Under the pieces are notes generated by a model that saw only the letters and a list, made by a program, of their open reading frames with translations, was not told the DNA's origin and did not search any database. From contig JAMWBK010000005.1 of the NCBI GenBank assembly GCA_029953675.1, forward strand, positions 2,046,001 to 2,110,000: 64,000 nucleotides of DNA, given 5' to 3'. A program made the position numbers and the translations under genes. The DNA is from Rhodosorus marinus CCMP1338. Lineage: Eukaryota; Plantae; Rhodophyta. Below, in pieces: positions 40,340 through 55,056 of this stretch. Numbering within the stretch: the stretch's first letter is position 1; every line of letters begins with the position of its first letter.

Positions 40340-41301
40340 GAATACTGCGGCCCAAGGAAAGCTTTTCTGCCACAAGGTCATGCGTGATGAAGAACTGAAA
40401 GCGGAAAGAATAGACGAAGATGAAAGTTCAGCAAACCTGGTACCCGGAGATGTCACATCCTTATATTGTGGAGAAGATCATTGGAAGTGGACGTTGCTAT
40501 GTATTTGTCATTACATCTGTAAATAAACCTCTGTCACAATGTACGCCTTTCAAGGACACGATGCCCTTCACAACCATATCCTGATGCACAATGCAAGATT
40601 GTTCAGAACTCCGTGGTCCCCAATGGCTGAGGCCAGAATCCGAAATTCCTTACTTCCACGGTTGTCTTCGACATTTGGGCTTTGGTGATGCTGAGCGCTC
40701 CACCAATGACCAAGTCCTTGAAGGTAGTGGTAATAGACATGACATCCTCAACTCGAGCCTCCATCGTTAGTCGAGCCTATGATGGGCAAAAGTACAATCG
40801 TGTTTTTCATGAGCTCGGATGTGTCATCCGTAACATCGCAAGGATTTCCTCCGCACTTACAGTTTTGATGAAGTTCTTCACCAAGGTCAGTTTTGATAGG
40901 CTCACTCTACCGGAAAACATCATCTGAGATGAAGAGCGTCGAATGGGGTTAAGACGACTTTCAAAAGGATAAAATGCTAACTGCAAAGTCGTGTCGGCAG
41001 TCTGGTAAGGCTCTCACCTCCCGTAGAACGTTGTCAATCAGTTTCATCTTGTTGACAACCACGATGTCGGAAAACTTTGCCTGGCAGACAACGAGCGTTT
41101 GCGATTCAAAACACGGCAAGAAAGCATTCTACGTCAAAAGGATGCTCTGGGTGGCATACCAGTCCGATGAGCGAGCCAGCAATAGTACCCGACTCTACGC
41201 TCTGCGGCTTCAGAAAGCTTAGCTACGAACAGAAACAGAAACGACACCTCTCGTCAGGGTCAGTAAACGGCCGGCGATCGAGTTCAGCGGAAGACGATTG
41301 A
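40340..41301 (+). CDS. Hypothetical multi-exon protein
   Basis: Protein-like frames (HDALHNHILMHNARLFRTPWSP; LTTTMSENFAWQ...FYVKRMLW) separated by GT-AG segments. Confidence 0.3.
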
Positions 41302-41349
41302 CGGAATGACAAACCTTCATGAGGATCGACTTCAGCACTACCATTTTAC

Positions 41350-43025
41350 CCAATCCTCCTTCCTCTTCTGCTTTCCACTGTCATGTCAAAAAAGGGGTCA
41401 AAGGAGGGTGACAGGCATTTAGCAGGATTTGCCTTTGAGGAAGTAGCCCGCCCTTTCCCGTTGACGGAACGCCAAGATTGTGCTTTGAAGAAACAAAGCC
41501 CGCTTCAGAAGACGTACCCCGTGGATAACCCCCTCCTCGAAGTCAAAGGTTTTAGCTGACAAGGCGCTCTGGTACGTGATCTGTAGAAGCCATGAACGAG
41601 AGGATCCCGGAAAGTAGGTTCGAAGGCATCATTTGGTCAGAGAGCGCTTTTCGAAGAAAGAGTCACAATGCGAATGTATGCTCACGTTCGAAACAATCGA
41701 GTGTTTCAACTTGTACACGTTCAGATTCACAGGACTCGTCAAGACCACCTACGAACACAAGTTTATTGTTTCAGTTGGTCTCGAAATGAGTGAGCACATG
41801 CTTATCGATATCTATCCAAAGGCGTCCCCGGCAAAGTGGAGGTGACATCGTTCGTATGACGTCCTCTCCAATAAGAAAAGCATCCTTGTCAAACGAGAAT
41901 CTGGTCGATGACAGTTTGGCTTCATCGGCACCCCTTGCGGGCACGTAGAACAGCCATTGTCTGACCAGTCCCTGAAGAAGTTCTTCCGAATAGGAGACAA
42001 AGCATAAATTCTTTGAACAGGACTGGCCCAATCAATTCAGAATATAGGGGATCCGTCTCAGAGCACAGAGTGGGACATGATCAATCACGCCGATAGATAA
42101 ATGCACGTTTGTGGGCCCCGAAGCTTCTTGGCGTGTACAGTGTGTCGTTGGGGGGGATGCTTACGTTTGTGATTTCCACATTATCATTGTGAAAGTGTTT
42201 CATGTCGGACTGCTTTTGAAGTGGTCGTGGAACAAAGAAGCCAACCATATTAGACATTGCCTCGTTTCCACCAAGACTTATAGCGACTGCGGGATTGCTA
42301 CTAACCATGCCAACTGCCGTGTTTTCTAGGTACACGGTTAGACATTCTTCGGACTTTTCTTTGCTTGCCGCGTAGGGATCAAACCTGACAATGTTCGGCA
42401 TTGTCTTCCAAGCGTTCGAGTCTTCCGGACTAAGAAACTAGCAACAGAGACGAGCAGTAGTTTTTAGACTGAAAGCCGCTTCAACAGCAGGACTTTGGGA
42501 CAGCATATTCTGGGGCGAAGCCTACTCCTGAGTGACAAGGTACGCTTGTCATTATTTTGTACGTTGTACTCATTGCACTCAACATCATCGCGAAAATGAC
42601 TAAATAGAGGATTCGGAGCAGGTTCCTCGGATTCATTCTGAGAACCTTATCAAGCAAGACGTCCAGGAAGCCATCTTTGGGGAGCGAGGCCAGCTTTTCG
42701 TTTAGGACGAACTTTTCGTGCTTTTTTTTGTTGAATACGAGATGAAAACGATTAATTTGTCAGCGACCAACCTCTCGGAGTCTACAGCAGTGAGCAAAAT
42801 ATTCTTTACCTCCGTCTTGGCTTTTTTCGAAATAGAAGCGCTAGCTGTATCCCTTTCATGTCTCAGCTCGTAAAGCGTCCGGGCCTCCTTCGACGACGGC
42901 TCCCGAACAATCTCGCCTTCAGACCCTCGTGGTACACTGGATGCGTGCCGTCGTCTAATCAAATCACTTGATCCAGAAGTTTCTCCAACAGAGAACTCGG
43001 CGGGAGCCTTATCCTCGCTCGACAT
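41350..43025 (-). CDS. Hypothetical multi-exon protein; 3' end uncertain
   Basis: ORFs 42702-43025, 42081-42401 and 41771-42031 are co-oriented and separated by intron-sized gaps. Confidence 0.4.
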
Positions 43026-44187
43026 CCTAAATTCACGCAGTCAAGAAAAGGAAAACAAAAAAAAAAATACGACACCCACAACCTAAACCCCAGATTCAAG
43101 ACCAAACTAGCAGTACAAGTCGTGAAACCACTGAAGCAATCAGATTCTCAAAAAAAGAGAATCAATAAACTGCTTCGGGTTCCTATCCAGTAAGTCTCTG
43201 ACCGGTAAACCATTCCCAACCCCGGGCACCCACGACTTCTCAGAGCGAGATATCCTCTGGCTCCGATCGATCAATAAGAGCTACGAATCATTATTATTAT
43301 CATATAATTAATAAAAAACATTAGTCAGCCATTTACGTGAAATAGGCCAATAATATAAAGCTAAAAAACTGAATAAGTGGAATTTTTGTGTGTATCAGTC
43401 ATGTTTGCATTGCCTTGGACTCTGTCTCTGGCTTGTTGGTTTCGATCAGGATGGATTCCTCATCGTGTGAGGTTCGTGAGAGTAGCACGAGCATACTGCC
43501 GATATTGGAGTCTTCAGAGTAGGGCAGTGGGTGTGATCCGTGTTCTTCCGCAGGATCACGATTCGCCATGAGCCACAAGATAAGGAGACGAAGCGGTAAC
43601 TTAGGACCTTGGTTCCTATTTTGTTTTGGACAGAAACGTCTGCAAGTGGATCTGAGGAGCTGAACTCCAGTCCCTACTAAGCAAATGAATTATGACCCCA
43701 TGTGATACGTGCTCCTTATAAACACCCCCGGTGGCAGAGTCCGTTCCCTGGAACCTGGCTTCAACTCAGTTCGATGCATCCAGGTACCGTGGTAGCATTC
43801 TGGACTGCATTAAAAAACTAATCTGTACTCTAAAATCTCTTGAAGCATCCCTTCATAACCTTTGAAAAATCAACGAAGGCGGGTCCCTGCCAATTGGGAC
43901 AGACTACCAAAACCAATTGTGAGTTCTAACACCAATAAATGAATCATGACACGTGCAAAAACACCATTCGACTAATGCATGCTTCATTATTTCAATTAAT
44001 GAACAAAAAATTTTGAGGAAGAAATTTAGAAATAAAAATATCTCGTCTGGCTGACTGTGGATATGATTGGCTTTTTTCTACACGTGTCCTTACTGACACG
44101 ATACAATTATTTTGGAAAAAAATACGAGAGTCGAAGAAGATTTTGTGATGGTAATTTATTAAAGGATTGTACTTTAGCCAGGTTTGA

Positions 44188-44835
<648 letters not shown>

Positions 44836-45198
44836 GCTGTATATGTGTTTCATTTTCCAAAAGCAGGAGAAAAAAGCCCTTTACCCAGATAAATAAAGAA
44901 AAGAACCTTTCACAGAAACTGAGCAAGCATATCAAATAGATTACGACGGAAGTACTGGAGGCAAGTTTCAGTTCCTTTCGAATCAACAAAAAAATGTGGG
45001 TCTTCAACGCGATTACTTCCGCATCCGTTAGCTCTTGCACAGCGCTCGGCTTCGTAGTCCAACTGATTCAGGGTCTCTGAATCAGAGGCAACGGTGCGTC
45101 AATCTGAAAACTGAAAACGGTCGAGTACTAATCATGACTAGCCCCAATATAGTGGTCAGTTCCGCAGAAAACGATAAACATGCGCAGCTTCATGATAA

Positions 45199-46798
45199 CT
45201 ACGCATCATCGAAAACGTCCCTTATATCCACCGGCTCAAATTTGAACTCATTGAACATGTTGCTGTTCGACTCCCTTTCATCCCTCTTTTCGAGACCGTC
45301 TCCCTGTTCCAGGTTGCTCTTCCCCTCTTTGTCCTTCTCTTCCTCTTCCTTTTGCGCTGCAATTTCCTTTGCCTTGGCTTCCCTCTCTGCCTGCACCTTT
45401 TCAACCATCTTGGCAAAACGAGCTCGCGCTTTTGCGGGGCCCTGCTCATCCATTCGAAATTCATCCAGATATCTGGTCATAAACCAAAACAAGGAGGGGG
45501 AAATAGAAAAGAAATCAGAATTTTCAGTTCCGATGACGAGATTCTGTTAGAACACGCGCCGACGGCCACGTCGAACCGCAGTGAACAATGTTCAAATCAT
45601 ACTTACTCCAACGTCCGAGCATTAACCTTCACTTTAGCCTCTGGTTGAAGGTACTTGTTGAACTGAGTGTGCACATTCAGAAGGTGCTGTAGTTGAAAAT
45701 CAAAGGTGTGTGTTGTGTGGGGTGTGGGGGTGCCGCGAAAACAGAACAAAAATCCACAGGATGGAGTCAATTTCCGCAGACGGCAAAGCGGTTTGACCGC
45801 AGCCTGATGCACAAACGCTTTACCTCGATGTCAAACTTTGCATAGGTAATGGCCTCGGCAGGGAGCGGCCTCTGCTCCCACAGTCTCGGATTATCTTGGA
45901 ACTGGGATTTGATCTGTGAAGGTCGATTTGGTTTGAGCCTTGGCCTCTGTCAAAACTTGCAGGATTGACTGACTTACGGATGCTTTCAGGTTTTCTTCCT
46001 CTACAGTTGTAACCGAAAACGTTCGTAATAGGGTCTTCAGGCCCACTGGGATAGTTACCTCAATCCCTTTTTGCTCCCTGAAGAGAAGTTGGAATAGAAT
46101 TTTGCCGTGCGTGCCGCGACAACGTTTCAGCGACACCGGCGAGCCCCAGTTCAAACTAGGAAAGTCTTATGGGTACAACCAACCTCCAAGCCGTGTATGC
46201 TACTTGTGTATCAAAGACGTTCGATAGTTTCACATTGAACTGCCAGTACAAAGCATCCGAGTCCTGTCGACAGTCGTGTACCACTTTAACGACTGGACGC
46301 ATTCGAAGGGAAAAGTGAACACTGAGTTATTAATACACAAACAGGCCATGTTCCTACAACCGATGGGCTTGATGAACTCACTCGTTTCCGATTCCAATAG
46401 CGGTCCGATCCCACCAGCGGTGAACAATTCGTCCCCTATTGCAACCACGTCGAACAAGTAGGCTTTCTTGCGCGAAGCTATCTGCACAAGGCATAACCTA
46501 TGAAATAAGAAAAAATCAACCGCGTCAAAAAAAATCCCATGCCAAAGCCCTGAACAAAAACAAGCCCGCACCTGCCGGTCCTGCTCAAAGCAGTTCCCTC
46601 GCAATCCAGCGCAAGTACCCTCTCCGTCATCAGCGCCGCCGACGCTGACTTCGCTTTTATCAACGTATCGACAAGAACCAATTCCAGAGCACGTGGAGCA
46701 ACCTTGGCGGGCGCAGACGACTTCGTCCTAGCGCGTCCAGCCCCGCTTCCCCGGCCTCCATACCACTGAAACCCTTGACCTCCAGAATTTGAGCTCAT
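45199..46798 (-). CDS. EXD1/Egalitarian-like DEDDy 3'-5' exonuclease, multi-exon
   Basis: ExoI LALDCEG, VQIAS...AYLFD, ExoII HDCRQDSDAL...FDTQ, ExoIII WEQRPLP...YAKFD; charged C-terminal tail. Confidence 0.88.
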
Positions 46799-46977
46799 TA
46801 TCGCCCTTTTTAATAGTGTACTGTTCAAATTCTCCTCCCTTTGTAATCCATCACACTCACATAAAACATCTACTACTCACAGCAAACAGACCACAAAGAA
46901 ACCGGTACCGCGGACTATTCAAAATCACTCCCCCTTCACCGCAATCCCTGATCTTCTCCATGCTCAAGTTCCTCATC

Positions 46978-47849
46978 CTAAGCAGTCCCACACATCAATT
47001 TGGGACAGGCAGTAAAACACAATAAAACAGAAAAAAAAGCGGCACCAGAGCACCATCCCATGTACAAAGGCATTGCTTCTTCATTCCTTCGCAGCTGAAA
47101 CAAGCTGCTCGCATGCATGGAAGCGCTATGACGAGACAGTATATGATGCGGATTTCGAAAACCGACAGGCCTCTCCTGTAGTCTATCCGGGTGGAAGGAC
47201 AACGACCGGTGACTGAGTACTGGGCGCATGACGAGTTTATACTGATAGATCGATGTGATGCATGGATGTCTTCCGAGCGTTCTACACGTTGACTTACACT
47301 GAGCTATGAGCCCGTTTGTGCAAGCGGTAGTGCCACAGGTCAGTTATCCATATCGCCATCAGAAAGATCACGCATTCAAAGTGGCTTGGCGATCAACATG
47401 AGATATTAAATTCAGAGAAGCGAACCTAGCGATTGCCACAGGTCGTGGTGGTTTGCAAGATGTGGGCATGTGAATGGATTCAAGGGAAGATATCACCCTG
47501 CCAATACGCCATGCCAATACGCAGAACATATTCCATGGCCGACGAGGAAGCCCTGCCTCTGCTCGAATGGAAGCTTCGAACTGGAGTTCTTCAGCAGCGC
47601 ACGAGCAATGGAGGTGACGCACTGCAAGACTCACCGCTTGCACAGTTCGATCGACGGCTTCCTGTACACGTTGGATGCATTCAGGTGCAACATCGTCTCC
47701 AATCGCCAATTGATCAACTGAAGGCATGCGGGCCGGAAAGTGCTGGCGGGAACAAGCCTCCGGCCGATGGCTTGGCCAGCCGCAAAAAATCAAACTGGTC
47801 CCACGTCTGAACTCCCTTTGGAGCCCCCGAATAGTCTCCATTTTGCCAT
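46978..47849 (-). CDS. Hypothetical multi-exon protein
   Basis: ORFs 47368-47841 and 46978-47229 with an internal GTGAG...CAG intron candidate; no family recognised. Confidence 0.25.
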
Positions 47850-48115
47850 GCCTTTCTTCTATAGTACGGATCGAGATTTCAAATTAATTTTCGGTGGTTC
47901 TTATACTTTTTAAACACTTCAGTTGCTTAGAGAGTACAATTCCAGAATGGTAAGTCCATCGCAGAAATAAGACAACACAGGAATATACTCCTTCCCGGCA
48001 CCGCTAGAATCAATACGCTCCTCAAGCAGAGCTTCACGGGTATTTGGCATGATCAGATCAGAATGCTCTCCGGCAAATCTCCAGCCAAATCCACGATCAG
48101 GCTTCACGCAGGCCT

Positions 48116-49588
48116 TCATCTCCTGCGACGTGAACTTCGACGCTCGCTCTGCCCTTGACTTGTACTGTCGGATTCTTTCCCCCCTGACGATGCAAGTCGA
48201 TTCATAACACCTCGCTCCATACGAAGCGCGAGTGGTACGATGGTGGCGACAACAGCGACCTTGAGAATCGATTGACACATTGTCCCTTCAGAAACACTTT
48301 GCACGCACGCCCACAAATGTACAAGGGCGACTTACTCTGATCAGTGTGCCAATCACACGCTTGAACAGTCCATTCTGTCTCTTCAGCAGCGTCCGACTCC
48401 TGTAGCCCTCATAAAGTTCAATCTTTCGCCTCTTCAGATCGGATAGGCCATCCGTCAAGATGCAGCGCCTCAACGCTCCAATATCTGAGTAGTCTTCGTT
48501 CTCAACCTCAACGAATCCCCAAGGGTATTCCCTACCGACCTTCACGGTCTGCAGTTCAGAAGGGACAAACAGGAAACTTGCCATCAGCTCGTTTTTCTGT
48601 CCGCAATGACTTCACTCGATTTTTTTTGGAACTCGCATTACCCCGTCCGAGGTCTTCTTCGGATACATTGATGCGACGACTGCAAAGGGTTCATGGACCA
48701 CTGTGATATTGTTCTCAGCCAAAGTCTTCACGACCTCCTCTCTGAATAGGGTAAGCTCCTCCATGGTCATAGCATCTGACTTCGCCAGCACCGGTATCAC
48801 TGGAGCTTTGCCATCGATCCGTCGGAGTATTTCAAGGTCGACCTGCGAGATCACGATATCGGCACTTGGTCAAAACTTCAAGACGAGCAAGATCTTTCCA
48901 TTCATATTCCCTTACCTCCTTTATACGATGAGGCGCGAAAAAGAACAGCACCGCGTCAACCAGGCAGTCCTCATAGTTCGTACTCCCCGCCCTAGTAACT
49001 CTAGTCTCTTCCTGGAGGGCATTCTTATTGCAAAAATCAAGGTACTTGATCACCGTCTTGAAGCTCCTCTCAAGATCCAGGCTATCCCCAAATCCTGCAT
49101 GGGAAAGTCACCCCGATCAGATCTCTATTGGAACAAACAAGCCGGCCCGGGGGCGTACCTGGAGTATCTGTCATGGTCACTCTGAATGGGACCTCGTCCA
49201 TAACGAACTTGAATTCCGTCTGGCTGATCCCGATCGTTTTCATGACGGGATGCAAATGACTGTCATTCCCAGAGTGTGCTCTCAAGTCCTTCGAAAAAAT
49301 GTTCGACAGAAGCGTCGTCTTCCCCAATCCACTTTCTCCAACCGCGACAATGTTGATAGTCTCTCCCTTGGCCCCGAGGTCGTTCATCCTCTGACGCATG
49401 ATCCCATCGCGAACGCCAGCCAGCTCCGGGAGTTCTGTACTCTTGTCACTGTTCGCTCCTTCAACCCATCTCCCACTAGTTTTCGCGGTAGACTTCGATG
49501 GTGACTTGGACTCAGCCCCTGCCTCAACCCACCTGGGAGTGGCTTTAGTTTTAGCCGGGGTTGCGATAGCCTGCGACTGTGCCTCCAT
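48116..49588 (-). CDS. Septin, multi-exon, with C-terminal hydrophobic helix
   Basis: G1 GESGLGKTT, G3 DTPG, FFFAPHRIKEVD, G4 PVLAKSD, septin unique element GREYPWGFVEVENEDYSD..LR. Confidence 0.95.
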
Positions 49589-50479
49589 AGCCCCTAGGTA
49601 TACTCTATAGCCCTCTACAGTACTCTGAAACCAAATACAACAGCAACAAATCCTTCCGATTTCCCCCCTTGCCTGTTTAAATCCCTACTCTCCTGTTCCC
49701 CCCCATCCATCCCCCGATGTCCTCTGAAAGTCTCCTTCTCACTCCTATTGTTTTCGAGACCAACAGCCTGAATCACCCAAACCAACTTTACCAATTGGTA
49801 CCAACACTAGCGCTGCCTAAATTCCCCAACCCCTTGGTTGGAGAGTTCGATATGAGTGTACTAGTACCTATATTTGTATCCGTCAAAATATCACAGGGCT
49901 TAGTACAGTACTAATACTATAAAATCACTATATGTAACCCCTCTAAAACCAGAATTGATGGCACAACGCACCATTCTCTACTTTGAGGCGGGTGGTTAGA
50001 ATTTTAAAGACAAACACGGCTCTTATAACACATTCTTGATTGCAATACAATCATTCTATTGTTGATGGCCAATGAGAGTGGATGGAACAGTTGAGGGTCA
50101 CAAAAAAATCTGTTTTTTTGTACCTTAATGGAATTTTAACTGATCGGCTTTTCGTTGATCCTTGCACAGGGAGATTTGAGCATGAGGTAGTTTTGAATTG
50201 TCTTGTTTATGTGAAGATATATTAGTGCTTGTGATAATAGATTAGCTTGAGAGGGGGGGGGGTAGGTTGTTTCCAGATTTTGGGATCTGTATCCCAATCA
50301 ACTCTCTTTGACAATCAGATTGAGTGAGTTTATTCGTCGATTATGAGAATAAAAGAAGTACTGAACAATATTTTCGATGATCATTGGCTTATAGTTTTGC
50401 TGGTGTGATATAATTGGATAAAAAAATACTACAAAACCTGAGTTCATTGGTTTGAAATTACTCAAACATTCCAATTTTA

Positions 50480-51526
50480 AAAGAAGAGAAGCGCTATGCT
50501 CGTTGCTCCAGGACTAAGCCAAAGTTGCTCGTTTGCAAAGAAGCTTAGGCAGTTCGGCTTGGCAGCTTAAGATCAATCGTCCGCAAGATCTGCTGTCCGC
50601 CGCCAAGCACGATAGAACTAGCGGTTCGACAGGTCTAGTGATGAACGTACAGAACCAACTTGCGTCAACAATGTCTTATTGAATGCTCCCATGCTCCTGT
50701 GCATTCAATAATACATTGTGTGATCTCCTCCGTACAGATCGAAACGGCATGCTGATATGTTGTGTGTGATCCTGACGAGAGTGCTAGTTCGTTCGGAGTT
50801 CACATGATAGTTTGCGAACGTATGGATTGCTTTTAGCCGCGATAAGATCCACGGTTTCATACGACGAAGGGTCTCAGGAGGCTTATTACAACAAGTGAGT
50901 CTAGTCCAATTGACATCAACAGCAGAAAAAGGGGAGTCGCACAGGACACTGTGTACTTAGTGTGAAATAAATCTGAAAGATCTACGGAGTGGTGCCCTGC
51001 GTAGCGGAGAACTCGTGCGCATGTCAAACGGAAAGTGGCCAAGAAACTTCCATCATCCATGGAAGTTTCTCGAAGCGATCTGGTGGGGAACATCGTGCTG
51101 ACTAGACTTGGATATCAGAGTGCAACATACCTCGAAAACTCAGGAGTTGGTCTGCTACAACCTAAATGCTTGACCAGTACAGCCAGGGTGGTTCACCAAA
51201 ACCGGCTCGTGTGGGACCGAGTTTCAGATCGGCATCAAGCTCAAGCCCGTAGCGTTCCTAGCTGTTAGCAATGTATCGACCAAAGCCAACGCTCATCGAT
51301 CGTGGTGCAGAAGCCACGATGTGCCGGTAACAGCAAGTATTGCAACGAAACCCGACAAGTCCCTTCGTCTGTGCCTGGGAGAGAAGGTAGCCGGACCAAA
51401 GTATGAAACGGGAGTCGAGCTGATGTTGGAACCTGCTAGGGTCTGAAGCGGGTTCCGACAACTGACCTCTCGAAACCCGTACTGACCAAATATCTCAAAG
51501 ACACGCGGCATATGTACATTCGCCAA
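50480..51526 (-). CDS. Possible hypothetical multi-exon protein
   Basis: Co-oriented protein-like ORFs 51293-51526 and 50857-51093; no family recognised. Confidence 0.25.
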
Positions 51527-52077
51527 GAAATAAATTAGTAATCTAGTTATTTATTCGATATATCAATCGTTTTTATTTTGATTGATATATCGGAGAGAGT
51601 CTTCCCTATTTATTGAATAAAATTTAAAATAATGCTTAAAATGGTCCTTCAAAAAAACTTTTTTTTTAATATTTGGAAGTATCAATGGCTCGACGTGGTT
51701 CACCGCCGCTGAGTGCCGCTGAGTGGGGAAGGAGGGCAGGTTTCTAGAGTGGAGGTGGACGGATATGATTTTTGATGTAATTTGAGGAGTTTTCTTGCTC
51801 TGGGAATGGTGCAAGAAGGTTGGCCGTAGTGAAGAAGTGAAGGAGGCACGGGGAGGAAGGGATTGGGAGTTGCTAGAGGATTGTGAGTGAGAAGAGGTAA
51901 GTTCGGTTTTTTGTCGTTTTATCATATGCGCTTCCTAGCTGTTTTTGTTGTTTGTTTATCCTTTTTTTGTTTTGAGAGGGCGCTGTTGGGTGGTTTTTGT
52001 TGTAGAAGTGGGAAGGTGTTCTTACGCGGAGGGAGCTGACGCTTGTTGTATCCTTTTTTCTGAATCCTCGTTCATAG

Positions 52078-52637
<560 letters not shown>

Positions 52638-53587
52638 ACTGCACAGTTGTGCTCATAGTCATGTCCGAATATTTGTTTTAAAGGAATAAAAAGAAAGGAA
52701 TTTACAATCTCATAGAAGAGCGTTGAGATTCTCCGCGATTGCTTGTCTCGGCGTTCCAAAGGAGACAGTCCGGGGTCCTGCTTTGTGCTGAACTCTGATT
52801 TAGCCCTCACGTGAGCTCATCCTTTCATGTAGTTTGCCTGGAGAAAGCGTTTGGTTTCTCAACCAGGAACTGGGCCCGACGAGATCCGGAAACCGAAACC
52901 AGAATCTTTGACAGGCAAACCAAAAGTGGATACCATGGCTTCGCCCATTTCTCTTCAGGAGGATTTCATTTTCTTACTATTTACACATAAATAAATGGCC
53001 CTCTAGGTTTCGTATGAAACCGAATTCGCCATCTTCATTCCCCCCAGAGTAGAGTAGCGCCTCGGGTCCAATCATCCACTCGCAAACCATGGCACCCAAT
53101 GCGATACAGTGTCAGGCTCGTGGAAGTTATCGCCTCCTCATCGCTGTGCCCTTTTTTGCAATGCCTTCGAAGACGATTTGAAAGCGATGACTTTGTCCCC
53201 AAGGGCCAACCTCTTCAGCTAAACGAGGCAGCCCCAGGGCGACAGGTCTGATGAAGCACACCACAAGGCCAGTTCGCTGGTCGCAATGCTGACTGAGAAG
53301 CTAGCGTGATGTAGTCAAATGCTGGTAGACAGTCCAACTGCTCAATTCTTCTAGCGTCTCAATTCCCTTCCCTGACTGTGGTCCAGTGGAGGAAGATACA
53401 CACCTGTTACGCGGTCAACCGGAGCCTTCCGAGATTAGCTGAAATCGAGATCAATTTCAGAAGGCTTGCGGGGTTGTGGATTTTGGCATGGTACGAAAGG
53501 TTGAGTATTGTTGTGGAGAACTAAACAGCTCTTTGACTCTCAGCTGAGTCTCATAGGAGGCGATCTGAGCTTTTCTTTTGGGAAGAT

Positions 53588-54781
53588 ATGGGAACCGATG
53601 GCGAGGCTTTGACATTATCGACTGAGGAGGCTGCTGTTTATGACAGACAGATACGACTATGGGGCGCGGATGCGCAACAGAGGATGTCGACTTCCCGTGT
53701 GGTGGTGGTTGGTCGTGTTCGCTCCAACTTGGGTAATGAACTGATTAAAAACATCTGCCTCGCTGGAGTGAGCTCGATTATACTATGCTCGGTTAACGAC
53801 GTTGAGGGTCAGGGCTTCCTTGGAGATTCCCTGGACGAGGTACTGTGCTCGATCGAAAACAACCCGCTGGGGGGGCTGCAGTACATGGGAATAACCAGCT
53901 GTCGTTATCCGTTTGGATTGCAGGTTAGAAATTCTGTTCAAGATATCAATCGCTTCGTGAAAGTAGATATCTTTGAGGGAGAGGAAGCAGCAGCGAATGA
54001 AGTCAAGTCATCCACCGCGGTCTGTCTTATTGGATTCGATTCCGTTCCATCCATTATGTCAATCGCTAAATCTTGCAGACAAGGCGGCATAGGGTAGGAG
54101 AACAACACATAATCGAGGCTGTATGCTGCTCTCCCGTCTAGGAAATAGAACCTGACCTTGTCCTGTGCGCAGCCTGTTCGTAGGCGAATGCATCGGCCTC
54201 TTCGGCGCAGTCTTCCTCGATCTGGGTGTCCGGTCATATGCTGAGGAGGACAAGGACTCCGGCAGATTGATCGAAAAGGTAATCGATTACACGTCGTACG
54301 CTGACACATTTGATGACATGGGAGTTCCGAAGGCACCTACTGCACCAGGCGCGATTGCACTCGGGGAAATGCTTAGGATCAAATCCAACAGGTAGGAAAG
54401 AGTGATATGGAAGATGAGCCAGATTTCTTGGTTCCATTCTTTGTGGCAAGTGCATCTCGCCTTTCGGAAGTTTCTGAGAGCACCATTTACGTCTCCACTC
54501 TGGTCAGCTCCGAGGATGTTGAGGAACTGACGGTTGCGTACGCGAGAGCTGTTGCGGAGATGTACGAGAGAACAGGAGTTAACGGAAAGCAGAGGCTTTC
54601 AGAGCAGCATCTGCGATCGTTTGCTCATGCAGCCAGAACCGAGGTGCCGCCAGTTTCCGCTATTGTTGGAGGCATTTATGGGAGAGAAGTGATAAAGTAC
54701 CTGACTGGAAAGGACGAGCCGCTAAACAATCTGTTCTTTTTCGATGCCATCCGAAGTACGGGTATTGTAGAGTGTATGTAA
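53588..54781 (+). CDS. SAE1: SUMO-activating enzyme subunit 1 (Aos1/SAE1), multi-exon
   Basis: EEAAVYDRQIRLWGADAQQRM, ELIKNICLAGV, C-terminal EVPPVSAIVGGIYGREVIKYLTGKDEPLNNLFFFDA. Confidence 0.92.
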
Positions 54782-55056
54782 AACGGTATGGCTCCTAGAA
54801 AGTTTGCCGAAGAATGAAATATTGATTCCCGCTAGAGATTTTCGTTAGAAGTTCATGATTCTGCATACTGGAAACGTTTTCTACGGAAATTGTGCTCTTC
54901 ATTGACACCACTCAAAGGATTCAAAGTCAGCAACAAGAACATTTCAATGGAATTCTGAGAGCTAACGGTAAACTGGCATTTTCTAGAGCGCAATCTGTAC
55001 ACGACTGTCGCCAACCCAAGCAAAACGGTAGTTATTATTTTGAACGTCAACCCCTC

